From Candidatus Babelota bacterium (GTDB taxonomy: Bacteria; Babelota; Babeliae; Babelales; Vermiphilaceae), in assembly GCA_039809905.1 (NCBI GenBank), contig JBDHVY010000001.1:1080001-1112000 (forward strand): a stretch of 32,000 bases of DNA, written 5' to 3'. Shown piece by piece: positions 8,693 to 17,610 of the stretch; the stretch's first letter is position 1, and each line of letters starts with the position of its first letter. The notes below the pieces were generated by a model, which was given only the letters and a program-made list of their open reading frames with translations, had not been told where the DNA came from and did not search any database. Position numbers and translations under genes: made by a program.

Positions 8693-8794
8693 TGACAATA
8701 TTTTCTAATAGAGCATTTTTTGGGGTTTCCCGAAATAGTTTTTTTTGATATACTATATATAGTATAAAAAATCAGATTTCAAAAAATTACTAAT

Positions 8795-10657
8795 ATGGTT
8801 ACTATGTTGCTCAAAAAATTATCTGTTTCAATGACCCTTATTTTTTCTTTTTTTGTTCCGATTCTAGCTGCAGATATAGTTGATACAATAAATGATTCAA
8901 TGAATGAATCAAATGATATCACTATACATAAAAAGCTTGAGTACAAATCTCCTCTTGAATTTAGACAAGCAATAGCCCGATATATAAAGCACACTGATAA
9001 ACATTATTTTAAGAATACACAACGAAATATTGATGACAATGTGGCATATAAAAAAGAATTGCGTTATTTGTTTACGAATTATGGTAGATTTTCAGCTACG
9101 ACATTAATGTATCGTGTACGCTCTGCTCATCAGACAATGATCAAAATTGATCCCAATAAAGAAGATGAAGCGTATCAAAAATATGAACAGATCTGTAGCG
9201 TATTACTTTTGACATGTGCCTATGTTTTTTTGAATGATATGCGCAATGAGATTCTGCAAGCTCTTGATGATATTGATAATCTTATTGCTTATTGGCGCTT
9301 TCAATACAATCATAAAATGAGATATTTTTTTAATAAATCACCATTTAAATGGATTGCCGGTAAACCACAAGAAAAAGAAATCGCTTATAATATATTCAGA
9401 CTTGAGCGTAAGCAAAAACAATTGTATAAAATGCTGGGAATTTTGACGGAGCATGCTCATCGATTTACTACCGTAAAACCATATTATGAAGATTGTTATT
9501 TATGGATTCAAGAATTATTGACAATTACGGGACCCATTAAAAATGAATCAAAATATAATGTTGATGGTTCATTGTTTGATCTGGTTGCAGGACATTTGGA
9601 ATTAAAACTTAAGCACGTTTCTTTGGTTAAACAGAGAATTATGAATTCGCTTACATCAGCTCAAAAACCACATCATTTTGTGCGTAATTGGATTGGATAT
9701 ACCACCATGATTGCAATTGCTGGATGTTGTATTAAGTATCATTTGCGCAATCCTGAAAATATTCCTTTGGCAGTAAAAAAAATAACAAGTTCAATGCAAA
9801 CAGTTGGAAAAAGTATTGTTATTGACCCTATGATAGATTTGTGGAAGGTTCTTTTTGGAACTAGCTCAGAAGATTCTATCACAGGAATTGAAGAAAAGGT
9901 TGAAAATATACAAAAGCTATCTGAAAAGTTGCAATCGGAGATATCCAGGTTAACTGCTCAAGATGCCCAATCCTTGAAAGAGTATGCTCTTGAATATCTT
10001 GATCGCGTATTAACAGGAATGAAAGTTGCAAATAAAGACGAAATAATGAAAGATGCAGCTGCTGGTGAATTGAAAAAGCTGGGCGAGCTTTTTGAAAATA
10101 CGAAAATTATCAAAGTTAATTATGATGATAATAAAATTGATTTAGGTATTGCAATTTTCTTTTTAATGCTTGATAAGATATTTGGTTCATTGCAGCAATA
10201 TCCTGAACTTATTGATAAAATTATTGTTCCTTTGGTTCAAACAATAGGATTTTTGTTCGTAGATATTGGAAGTATTGTTGGCGATGCTGTTAAAAATAAT
10301 TTTTGGACGGCAAAACTAGCAGCATTTACACCCTTAATGGGAGGTTCTGTTGGAGCATACAAAGTATATCGGTGGTCTACGACGCGCAATTATTCACCCA
10401 TACGAATTGCACTTGCAGATGTGAATGCATTATTGATAGAATCGGAAAAACAGCTTGATGATCATGATTATGGCAAGCTTATGTATCTTATTTCTAAGCT
10501 TCGACATAAATCAGTATGCTTAAAAGATCCATTAACAGATGAATTTTTAACAGATATTGCCAAAATTGAATCAAAACAATTTTCTGCTTATACAAAACGT
10601 GATATTGTTGAAAATATGTTTAATAAATACGCGTTCTTGGGACGCGTTGCAGTATAG
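8795..10657 (+). CDS. Hypothetical large protein, paralogue A of a tandem pair (signal peptide, internal hydrophobic segments)
   Basis: 620 aa. It shares blocks with the next gene: ALDDIDNLIAYWRFQYNHKMRYFFNKSPFKWIAGKPQEKEI versus ALSEIDNRITYWQYQKDHQWNYFLSKNPLKWVTGPKQEDEI, and NYSPIRIALADVNALL...DYGKLMYLISKLRHK...IESKQFSAYTKRDIVENMFNKYAFLG versus NYYPLRYALVEINSLF...QYGKMIYLIHMLKKQ...IESSEFNVAAKRAIIEDMFKKYDFLG. Confidence 0.6.
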   Translation: MVTMLLKKLSVSMTLIFSFFVPILAADIVDTINDSMNESNDITIHKKLEYKSPLEFRQAIARYIKHTDKHYFKNTQRNIDDNVAYKKELRYLFTNYGRFSATTLMYRVRSAHQTMIKIDPNKEDEAYQKYEQICSVLLLTCAYVFLNDMRNEILQALDDIDNLIAYWRFQYNHKMRYFFNKSPFKWIAGKPQEKEIAYNIFRLERKQKQLYKMLGILTEHAHRFTTVKPYYEDCYLWIQELLTITGPIKNESKYNVDGSLFDLVAGHLELKLKHVSLVKQRIMNSLTSAQKPHHFVRNWIGYTTMIAIAGCCIKYHLRNPENIPLAVKKITSSMQTVGKSIVIDPMIDLWKVLFGTSSEDSITGIEEKVENIQKLSEKLQSEISRLTAQDAQSLKEYALEYLDRVLTGMKVANKDEIMKDAAAGELKKLGELFENTKIIKVNYDDNKIDLGIAIFFLMLDKIFGSLQQYPELIDKIIVPLVQTIGFLFVDIGSIVGDAVKNNFWTAKLAAFTPLMGGSVGAYKVYRWSTTRNYSPIRIALADVNALLIESEKQLDDHDYGKLMYLISKLRHKSVCLKDPLTDEFLTDIAKIESKQFSAYTKRDIVENMFNKYAFLGRVAV

Positions 10658-10663
10658 AAGTTG

Positions 10664-10730
10664 ATGTAAGAAGTATAACCTAGTGTCTTTTAAGGCAAAT
10701 AGGTTATGCTTCTTACATAATATATTTTTA
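10664..10730 (+). terminator. Rho-independent terminator after paralogue A
   Basis: ATGTAAGAAGTATAACCT (10664-10681) pairs with AGGTTATGCTTCTTACAT (10701-10718), 17/18 plus one G-U pair. A T-rich tract, TATATTTTTA, follows. Confidence 0.55.
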
Positions 10731-10743
10731 TGCAGGAGATGGC

Positions 10744-12300
10744 ATGACACTGTCTATTAAAAAATTAGTCTTTTTTTCTCTGATCACTTATTCCGTAAAC
10801 ATTATTTCAATACCGCAACAGATTTCTGATATTATAAGCGCACGCAGAGCGCGGCTATCACAAGCTCCTTTAAAAACAATAGATGAGGCTCTTTCTGTAT
10901 TAACAATATCTATCGCTCATTTTCCTAAAGATGAGCGAGATATTCAGGCATATGAAAAAAAACAAGCTGAGATATGCGTTAAAGCTGCCAGAATGCTGTA
11001 TGGTGTTGCACGGGTTCAAATACTTGAAGCTCTTTCAGAAATTGATAATCGAATTACCTATTGGCAGTATCAAAAAGATCATCAATGGAATTATTTTTTA
11101 AGTAAAAATCCTCTCAAATGGGTAACTGGTCCTAAGCAAGAAGACGAAATAGAAAATAATCTTGAATTGCTCGAAAGTCATCAAGGCGAATTATATGCTC
11201 TTTTGGGACAATTATCAGAACAAGGAAATATTTTTAATCAGCAATACAAGGATGTTTTTTTAACTGATTATACGCAAGCATATAAATGGATAGATTCTTT
11301 GCTTGTTACCTTAATGCGCATAAAGCCGAATGCAAATCTTAAAGCAAATAATCCTACATTTATTGCAAGAGCAGAATCGTTAAAAATAAAATTGCAGAAC
11401 GTTGCTCAATTTAAAGATCAACTTTTATCTGATATGCCAGAGACTGGCATTCCATCATATTTTATGCGTAATTGGCTTAAAGTGAGTTCATTGTTGCTGG
11501 GTTTAAGCTATGGATATAAAAATTTTACATTGCAGCAATTACAACAACCGATTGTTGCTATTGGCAAAGAGATAGAAAGAAATGTTATCGATCCTGTACA
11601 ACTTATTATAAAAGATGTTTTTTTTGGTGGTTCTTCACAAGAAGATCTTTTGATATCTCAAAAAAATATTGATGTTATGTATAATACCGTAAAAGCATTC
11701 TTAGATACCCTTTCAACTGAGAGTGGTTTAGTTCGAAATCTTGATATAACGGAAGAAGGAAAGCAGGCAATACTTGCTGAAATTAAGTCTGGAAATAGTA
11801 GTTTGTTTCAGGCATTAACAGATGAATTATCTCGCGGTGGTATCTTAAAAAAGAAAAAATGGCTTGATGCAAAGGCTGTACTATATGATTTATATCTATT
11901 GCAATCAGGCGCACGTATTCAAAGAACATTAGCAGGAGTTGGTAAACTTGCATTCATGACACCAGCAATTGCCTCTACGTGGCTTGCATATGCTGGATAT
12001 CAAAAATTTGCTGAAAAAAATTATTATCCATTGCGCTATGCGCTTGTTGAAATCAATTCATTGTTTGTTGATGCTTCACGTCCGATGAATGATGAACAAT
12101 ATGGCAAAATGATCTATTTGATTCATATGCTAAAAAAACAAGCAAGAAAAGATTTGCCCACAAAAAAAAATCTTCAGGCAGATTTTATTCTTGATCTTGA
12201 AAAAATCGAATCATCAGAATTTAATGTTGCCGCAAAACGAGCAATCATTGAAGATATGTTCAAAAAATATGATTTTTTAGGTTTAATTCAAAAAAAATAG
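10744..12300 (+). CDS. Hypothetical large protein, paralogue B of the tandem pair
   Basis: 518 aa, collinear with 8795-10657 (see the blocks there). N-terminal signal-like peptide MTLSIKKLVFFSLITYSVNIIS. Confidence 0.6.
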   Translation: MTLSIKKLVFFSLITYSVNIISIPQQISDIISARRARLSQAPLKTIDEALSVLTISIAHFPKDERDIQAYEKKQAEICVKAARMLYGVARVQILEALSEIDNRITYWQYQKDHQWNYFLSKNPLKWVTGPKQEDEIENNLELLESHQGELYALLGQLSEQGNIFNQQYKDVFLTDYTQAYKWIDSLLVTLMRIKPNANLKANNPTFIARAESLKIKLQNVAQFKDQLLSDMPETGIPSYFMRNWLKVSSLLLGLSYGYKNFTLQQLQQPIVAIGKEIERNVIDPVQLIIKDVFFGGSSQEDLLISQKNIDVMYNTVKAFLDTLSTESGLVRNLDITEEGKQAILAEIKSGNSSLFQALTDELSRGGILKKKKWLDAKAVLYDLYLLQSGARIQRTLAGVGKLAFMTPAIASTWLAYAGYQKFAEKNYYPLRYALVEINSLFVDASRPMNDEQYGKMIYLIHMLKKQARKDLPTKKNLQADFILDLEKIESSEFNVAAKRAIIEDMFKKYDFLGLIQKK

Positions 12301-12332
12301 ACTGTAGCAAAAGATATTTTTCTGCTATTATC

Positions 12333-12368
12333 AAAAAACGATGAAACGTTTTTGTCTCATCGTTTTTT
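12333..12368 (+). terminator. Rho-independent terminator after paralogue B
   Basis: AAAAAACGATGAAAC-GTTTTT-GTCTCATCGTTTTTT has a 10-bp stem with one mismatch, followed by a T6 run. Confidence 0.5.
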
Positions 12369-12419
12369 GTGTTATGTAAAAAACTTTTTATACATCATCG
12401 CGTATGTGAAAGGGCGAAA

Positions 12420-12971
12420 ATGGCGGCGTTTAATCGTATTATTATAGTGGGTAACTTAACCAGAGATCCTGAATATCGCACTATTGCTTCAGGGCAAGCG
12501 GTATGTCGTTTGGCATTAGCAACAAACCGTCAATTCAAAAATAAGCAAACAGGAAGTATGGTTCAGGAAGTTTGTTATATCGATGTTGATGTGTGGGGAA
12601 CGCAAGCGGAAAGTTGTCGTCAGTATTTACAAAAAGGTCGACCGGTTCTTGTAGAAGGTCGTTTGAAACAAGATTCTTGGGATGATCAATCAGGCCAAAA
12701 ACGTACAAAGCATTCAATTGTTGCTGAACGTGTAGTGTTTTTAGGCAATGGTTCTTCAGCTGAAATGTCATTAGGTACATCATTGGAAGATGATGCTGGC
12801 CCTCAACTTAATCCACAAAACCCTGTTGAACGTGATTTGCTCGCGCAATTAGAAAAGGCGCAGACACGAGTTAAAGCAGCAAAGAATAGTAATAAACAAG
12901 AACCAGCTCCATCAACAGGAGAAATTGATTTTCAAGATACTCCTCCATTTGAAGACAATTTACCCTTCTAA
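12420..12971 (+). CDS. ssb: Single-stranded DNA-binding protein
   Basis: MAAFNRIIIVGNLTRDPEYR...VDVWGTQAE...GRPVLVEGRLKQDSWDDQSGQKR is an OB fold. It is followed by a low-complexity linker and an acidic tail ending FEDNLPF. ATG 12420 is preferred over the track's GTG 12369, which overlaps the upstream terminator hairpin. Confidence 0.9.
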   Translation: MAAFNRIIIVGNLTRDPEYRTIASGQAVCRLALATNRQFKNKQTGSMVQEVCYIDVDVWGTQAESCRQYLQKGRPVLVEGRLKQDSWDDQSGQKRTKHSIVAERVVFLGNGSSAEMSLGTSLEDDAGPQLNPQNPVERDLLAQLEKAQTRVKAAKNSNKQEPAPSTGEIDFQDTPPFEDNLPF

Positions 12972-12994
12972 CAGCTTATGTTACAAAAGCTCTT

Positions 12995-13025
12995 AGCTCT
13001 GCTGTAAAAAGCAGAGCTATTTTAA
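12995..13025 (+). terminator. Rho-independent terminator after ssb
   Basis: AGCTCTGC-TGTAAAAA-GCAGAGCT is a perfect 8-bp stem, followed by ATTTTAAT. Confidence 0.6.
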
Positions 13026-13110
13026 TGCAAAAATAAATACTATTTGAATTTTGTTGACACCATAAGGCCTTTTTTGTCACGATGAAATCAGAGGCGTTGC
13101 TAAATAAGGG

Positions 13111-13602
13111 ATGGTAATGAAAAAAAATAGTAATAATAAGACTTTTAAGCATAAAATTTTTAATTTTTTATTTATTATACTTTGTTTGTCATCTCCTAAA
13201 GCATCTTTAATAGCTTCAGATTCACATCAGATTAATCTATCATTTGATTCTCTTTTTTATGCGACATGGTATCAAAAGGCTGTTGAATTAACTCTTTCAG
13301 TATGGCAAACTCTCGCGCAGGTTTTTGAAAAAAATGATGAAATTCCCTATGAAATCTTGCTTGGAAAATTGTCATATGCATATTTTTGTGTGAACCGCAT
13401 GCAGCAAGAAAAAGTTGTATCTCTTGCTGATGATACTGCTTATTTTATGACGGCATTACGTAAAATACAGGATCTTTTCAGCTTTATAGCAATACATGAA
13501 AAAAATTATGATTTTATTGTCTGTGCGCAAGAAATAATTTCGCTCATACAAAAGAGCTTTTATAGTCCAGTTTCCGATTCTCTTAAACCGGACACCCAAT
13601 AG
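13111..13602 (+). CDS. Hypothetical small secreted protein
   Basis: 163 aa. N-terminal FNFLFIILCLSSPKASLIA is signal-like. No recognised motif. Confidence 0.4.
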   Translation: MVMKKNSNNKTFKHKIFNFLFIILCLSSPKASLIASDSHQINLSFDSLFYATWYQKAVELTLSVWQTLAQVFEKNDEIPYEILLGKLSYAYFCVNRMQQEKVVSLADDTAYFMTALRKIQDLFSFIAIHEKNYDFIVCAQEIISLIQKSFYSPVSDSLKPDTQ

Positions 13603-13625
13603 AAGTGAGACGATATTGGGTAATA

Positions 13626-14894
13626 TTATAAATACCACGAAATATCGATTCCATATGTCCCACCAACAACATTTGTATTAAAAATACGAGATCCTGCAAA
13701 CTCAAGATTATAAAAAAGACCAATACGATGACCAGTGTGAGAATGTTCTCGAGCGCTATCATATTCTACAAGAAAGTTCACTGTATGCATGTTCCAGCCT
13801 GCAAGCATTGCGTCAGAATTAATTACAGCACAATTAAACTCATTTTTTGTTAATGGAGTAAGGCGATTTTTTTGCTGGGATGCAAATGAATATGCAGCAG
13901 TTACTGATACACCATGTCCTACATGATCAGCTTTAAAATAAAGACCAGCATTAACTAATGGACCTCGATGATCAGAAACAGGTGCTGATGCTAGTTTAAT
14001 AATGCCACTTTGATTGATGTCTGTTTTAATGCGCATTGTTCGGTCTTTGTTAATAAAGAAAAGTGCATTAAGATATCCTCCAATAGTAACCCATTCATAA
14101 AATCCTATCGATGCTGCAGCACATAAAGGGAATCCCCAATGCCCATTATAACCAGTAGGTAATGAAAACAATTCATTTTCATTGCGTTGTTTTCCGGTAG
14201 GAGCTAAAAATCCAGTCATGCCTGTAAAATCGATAAAGTCGAGCCTTGTAGTATCTTGATAATTATGTGTCCACCCAATCCATGATGAAAGATCTCCCAC
14301 CCCAGTGCTTGTTGTTGCACTGGCATTAATGCCGTAATGTGCCAAAAGAGGGTAGAGATGGCTTGTTGTTTCTTGCCAGATAGGAGTGGTTTTATTTGGG
14401 AATATGGTATCATCGGGAGAAAGATCAATAAAGGTGAGATCGTTTATGGTCAGTTTTCTGATCGGCATATGGAAAAATAAAAAGAAGCCTTTATTCAAAT
14501 TCTGAGTGAAAGACATGTTAGCTTCTATTATTTTAAACTTTCCATTGAGTGAAAATGTTGCAAAGCCTGGCCGTTCAGGAAGTTTCTGTAACTCTGTTAA
14601 GAGCTTGTCATAGGGATTGTTTTGGTCTTGAAATGCTGTGCCTACATTGATGTTTTTCAATGAATGAGTGCCATATATATCCAATAGAGGAACAATAGTA
14701 TTATTTCCAGAGCGACCTTGCGTTGTTGACCCTCCGCCTAAAGTGATATTAAAGGTGGTGAGATAGTCATGTTCAAGGCGGGGCTCAAGAAACATGTTGG
14801 TTGCACGGTAAAAATGAGGATTATCAAGTGCTGGTAATGGCCTATAGCTCGATGTAGCAATGATAATCAGTAAATAATAGGTATATTTCTTCAT
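13626..14894 (-). CDS. Putative outer-membrane beta-barrel protein (porin-like)
   Basis: 422 aa. Signal peptide MKKYTYYLLIIIATSS. The protein is Gly/aromatic/Asn/Thr-rich with alternating hydrophobicity throughout. The C-terminal strand is ...VVGGTYGIDISWYL. Family not identified. Confidence 0.45.
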   Translation of the reverse strand: MKKYTYYLLIIIATSSYRPLPALDNPHFYRATNMFLEPRLEHDYLTTFNITLGGGSTTQGRSGNNTIVPLLDIYGTHSLKNINVGTAFQDQNNPYDKLLTELQKLPERPGFATFSLNGKFKIIEANMSFTQNLNKGFFLFFHMPIRKLTINDLTFIDLSPDDTIFPNKTTPIWQETTSHLYPLLAHYGINASATTSTGVGDLSSWIGWTHNYQDTTRLDFIDFTGMTGFLAPTGKQRNENELFSLPTGYNGHWGFPLCAAASIGFYEWVTIGGYLNALFFINKDRTMRIKTDINQSGIIKLASAPVSDHRGPLVNAGLYFKADHVGHGVSVTAAYSFASQQKNRLTPLTKNEFNCAVINSDAMLAGWNMHTVNFLVEYDSAREHSHTGHRIGLFYNLEFAGSRIFNTNVVGGTYGIDISWYL

Positions 14895-14964
14895 ACGATT
14901 TCAATCTTTCTTATAGTTGCACCAACAATAATGGTAGCATAAAAAGCAATTTTTTTTAAGATTC

Positions 14965-14992
14965 ATTGCTCCATAACGAGTATCTGATATAC
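14965..14992 (+). promoter_or_regulatory. Candidate sigma70-type promoter for grpE
   Basis: TTGCTC (14965-70), a 16-nt spacer, then TATACT (14987-92), ~55 nt upstream of the grpE ATG. Consensus resemblance only. Confidence 0.3.
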
Positions 14993-15045
14993 TAAATACA
15001 TGTATTATTTTTTTAAAACATGGTTATTAAGGGGGATTTGTTATT

Positions 15046-15597
15046 ATGAATGACAATGATAAATTTAAGAAATTTTTTGGTTTTGGTGGTAATGATGATG
15101 CGCAAGAATCTCAATCTGAAGCACATGAATCAACAGTGAATGATAAAGAAAGTTCAGAAAAAGCACAAGCGCATATTTCTGAATGGGCAGATAAATATTT
15201 AACACTAACAGCTGATTTTGAAAATTACAAAAAACGAGTGAGCACTGAGCGAGCTGATTGGGCAAATGAAGCTCAAAAGAAGGTTTTCTTAGATTTATTG
15301 GCTGTTATCGATAATTTTGAACGAGCTCTTGACCAAGAAAAAAAGAGAGAATCAGCAGAAGGGATATCCTGGCTTGCAGGATTTGAGATGATTTATCAAT
15401 CACTTGAAAAAATGCTTGCAAAATATGGAGTTCAAGAAATTACTGATTTTTCAGTATTTAATCCTAAGTATCATGAAGCTCTTGTGCAAGTTGCATCTGA
15501 TAAGCATAAATCAGGCGAAATTGTGCAGGTGTTTCAAAAAGGATACACGATGCATGATAAAGTTATTAGACCTGCTACAGTTAGTGTTGCACCATAA
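15046..15597 (+). CDS. grpE: Nucleotide exchange factor GrpE
   Basis: LTADFENYKKRVSTE, VIDNFERAL, YHEALVQV and VFQKGYTMHDKVIRPATVSV are canonical GrpE blocks. An AAGGGGG RBS lies ~9 nt upstream. Confidence 0.9.
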   Translation: MNDNDKFKKFFGFGGNDDAQESQSEAHESTVNDKESSEKAQAHISEWADKYLTLTADFENYKKRVSTERADWANEAQKKVFLDLLAVIDNFERALDQEKKRESAEGISWLAGFEMIYQSLEKMLAKYGVQEITDFSVFNPKYHEALVQVASDKHKSGEIVQVFQKGYTMHDKVIRPATVSVAP

Positions 15598-15598
15598 T

Positions 15599-16345
15599 AT
15601 GTCTGCAGCTGTTATCCGCCAAGAATTAAAAAAACATATAAATCCTGCAAAAGCAGCACAACCTTTATTTTTTAAAACAGGTTTGGGTGGGTATGCTGAG
15701 CATGATCAATTTCTTGGTATTTCAGTTCCTATTCTTCGTACTATTGCGCGTCAGTTTTGTGATGCATCATTTTCTGATATAACAATTTTATTGCAATCGA
15801 AATTTAATGAAGAGCGCTTATTAGCGCTTTTTATTTTGATTATACAATACAATAAAAATAATCGGTTAATATGGGGTCCCCGTGCGCAATCTAATGAGCA
15901 TGGGGTTAATGTAACAAAACAAAATATCTACAATTTTTATACTGCACACATAGCGCACATCAATAATTGGAATTTAGTAGATGCTTCAGCGCATGAAACA
16001 ATTGGCGCATATTTATTTCATTACACGCGCGATAAAAATGTACTGCTTATATTAGCTCATTCAGATAATCTTTGGCAGCGCCGCATTGCAATGATTGCAA
16101 CGCTTTATTTTATTCGTCAAGGCGATACATCATGGACGTATGATATTGCAGATATTTTATTGCATGATACGCATGATTTGATTCATAAAGCAGTTGGTTG
16201 GATGCTGCGTGAAGCAGGTAAAAAAAATGAAGATGAATTAAAACATTTCTTAAACAAGCATGCACATCATATGCCCAGAACAATGTTGCGCTATGCAATT
16301 GAAAAATTATCTCCCGATATGCGCGCATTCTATATGAATCAATAG
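15599..16345 (+). CDS. DNA alkylation repair protein (AlkD-like HEAT-repeat glycosylase family) carrying an in-frame repeat insertion
   Basis: ATG 15599 lies 1 nt after the grpE stop. FFKTGLGGYAEHDQFLGISVPILRTIA, INNWNLVDASA, WQRRIAMIATLYFI, HKAVGWMLREAGK and MPRTMLRYAIEKL match the family as I recall it. The track's upstream extension from 15404 overlaps grpE out of frame. Confidence 0.75.
   Translation: MSAAVIRQELKKHINPAKAAQPLFFKTGLGGYAEHDQFLGISVPILRTIARQFCDASFSDITILLQSKFNEERLLALFILIIQYNKNNRLIWGPRAQSNEHGVNVTKQNIYNFYTAHIAHINNWNLVDASAHETIGAYLFHYTRDKNVLLILAHSDNLWQRRIAMIATLYFIRQGDTSWTYDIADILLHDTHDLIHKAVGWMLREAGKKNEDELKHFLNKHAHHMPRTMLRYAIEKLSPDMRAFYMNQ
15864..15910 (+). repeat. GC-palindrome repeat copy 3 (TTAATATGGGGTCCCCG), in frame inside the AlkD-like CDS
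   Basis: GGTTAATATGGGGTCCCCGTGCGCAATCTAATGAGCATGGGGTTAAT shares the 16-mer TTAATATGGGGTCCCC with copies 4 and 5. It is translated as RLIWGPRAQSNEHGVN. Confidence 0.7.
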
Positions 16346-16403
16346 ACTACTTATCTCATTGTTTTTTTATATTTTCCTGTTACCTTAATAGTAATTTTTT
16401 ATT

Positions 16404-16435
16404 GAATGTATTTATGAAATACATTCTTTTATTTG
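16404..16435 (+). terminator. Probable terminator after the AlkD-like gene
   Basis: GAATGTATTT-ATG-AAATACATTC is a perfect 10-bp AT-rich stem, followed by TTTTATTTG. Confidence 0.45.
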
Positions 16436-16479
16436 AATAAAATATTCTACAATTTACATAATTTATAGAGGTTTTCATT

Positions 16480-17418
16480 ATGCAAAAAATGAAATTGATG
16501 GTGGGTCTGTTGGCATTTACTTGCGCAAGTGTGCAAGGTGCGGATCATAGACATGGCAATCAAGGACGAGAAGCTAATCGATTTGGTGACAGAAATCAGC
16601 AACGAACAGCGCTAGAAATTGAACAAGGCTTTTCTGCGCCAGAAGGAAAAAATGATGCTTGGCAACCGCCAAGAGAATGGCCTATCATTACGAAAGTATA
16701 TGGTGTTGGGGCAGAAAATCTGAAAAAAAGTCAGGTTTCAATGATGTTTACGCCAAAGAGCGATAAGCTTTATCATAGCCAACTGAGTATTACAAAAAAG
16801 CAGGGTACAGTGTATTCACCTGTTCCGTTACAAAACCTTAACCTTCCACTAACACTGAATCTTCCAGAATCTCAACAAAATGTGAAATATCTCGATGTTA
16901 CAACCATTATTAGAACTCTTCCAGAGACAGTTCAATATTTTGAAGGATCTCAACAAAAAGCAATGACTGGTATTGAATTCTTAAATAACTTCATTTATTA
17001 TGCTAATAATGGAAATTATGAGAGTGCGCTTGGTATGTTATCTTGTTTGCAGGGCCAAAAAGCAGCAGATTTTGGACATGCTATAAAGCCTGTGCTTCAA
17101 GAAGATGCTGTAAAAAATGTCCTTGAAGCAAAGGTATCTTGGGCTGATGGTGTTGTAGGAAGTCTTAGTGCGTTTATGAAGATGGCAGAAAAAGCGGCAA
17201 AAAATGCAGGAAAACAATTGCAAGACGGTGCTGCGGGTATATCGGAAGAAGCTTTGAAAAAGGCTATGCAGTTGAAAGATCAGGCTGCGTATCAAGCTGC
17301 AACCTTTCTAGGCAAATTTAATATGGCATTTACAAAACGTGTTAATGCTTGGGGTGGTATGGTGATTGGTGCCGCTTTGTTTTATGGTGCTTTAAAATAT
17401 TTTGATAAATTAAAATAA
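16480..17418 (+). CDS. Hypothetical secreted protein with C-terminal membrane anchor
   Basis: 312 aa. Signal peptide MQKMKLMVGLLAFTCASVQG and C-terminal WGGMVIGAALFYGALKYF. No recognised family. A strong terminator follows. Confidence 0.45.
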   Translation: MQKMKLMVGLLAFTCASVQGADHRHGNQGREANRFGDRNQQRTALEIEQGFSAPEGKNDAWQPPREWPIITKVYGVGAENLKKSQVSMMFTPKSDKLYHSQLSITKKQGTVYSPVPLQNLNLPLTLNLPESQQNVKYLDVTTIIRTLPETVQYFEGSQQKAMTGIEFLNNFIYYANNGNYESALGMLSCLQGQKAADFGHAIKPVLQEDAVKNVLEAKVSWADGVVGSLSAFMKMAEKAAKNAGKQLQDGAAGISEEALKKAMQLKDQAAYQAATFLGKFNMAFTKRVNAWGGMVIGAALFYGALKYFDKLK

Positions 17419-17434
17419 CTTAAGAATATTTTTC

Positions 17435-17483
17435 GAAAGCACTGGTAACTGTATTAAAACAATTGCCAGTGCTTTCTTTTTTT
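17435..17483 (+). terminator. Rho-independent terminator after 16480-17418
   Basis: GAAAGCACTGG (17435-45) pairs with CCAGTGCTTTC (17466-76), a perfect 11-bp stem followed by T7. Confidence 0.65.
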
Positions 17484-17535
17484 ATGTATATTTTGAACTG
17501 GGTTGGGACGTTACAGCGAAAATCATTATATTGTC

Positions 17536-17566
17536 TTGAAAATATCAGCTAAAAATCTCTTAATAT
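17536..17566 (+). promoter_or_regulatory. Candidate promoter overlapping repeat copy 4: TTGAAA, 18-19 nt spacer, TTAATAT, then the GC-rich palindrome in the discriminator position
   Basis: TTGAAA lies at 17536-41 and TAATAT at 17561-66, directly abutting GGGGTCCCC. ATG 17611 is 45 nt further. Copy 5 has the equivalent layout (CCGAAA-N18-TTAATA) before the gene starting at 20214. Confidence 0.3.
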
Positions 17567-17580
17567 GGGGTCCCCAGTCG
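17549..17580 (+). repeat. GC-palindrome repeat copy 4 (core TGGGGTCCCCA at 17566-17576)
   Basis: CTAAAAATCTCTTAATATGGGGTCCCCAGTCGG aligns with the reverse complement of copy 5, CTAAAACTCTCTTAATATGGGGTCCCCAATCAG. There are 34 nt between the core and ATG 17611. Confidence 0.85.
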
Positions 17581-17610
17581 GAATAAAATAGAGACTGAGG
17601 CTATAAAAAT

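Noticed and set aside
14895-15045. Searched for a CIRCE heat-shock operator (TTAGCACTC-N9-GAGTGCTAA) upstream of grpE. TTGCACC...TGGTAGCA caught the eye.
   Set aside because: It matches too few consensus positions and is not a proper inverted repeat. No hrcA or dnaK is adjacent.
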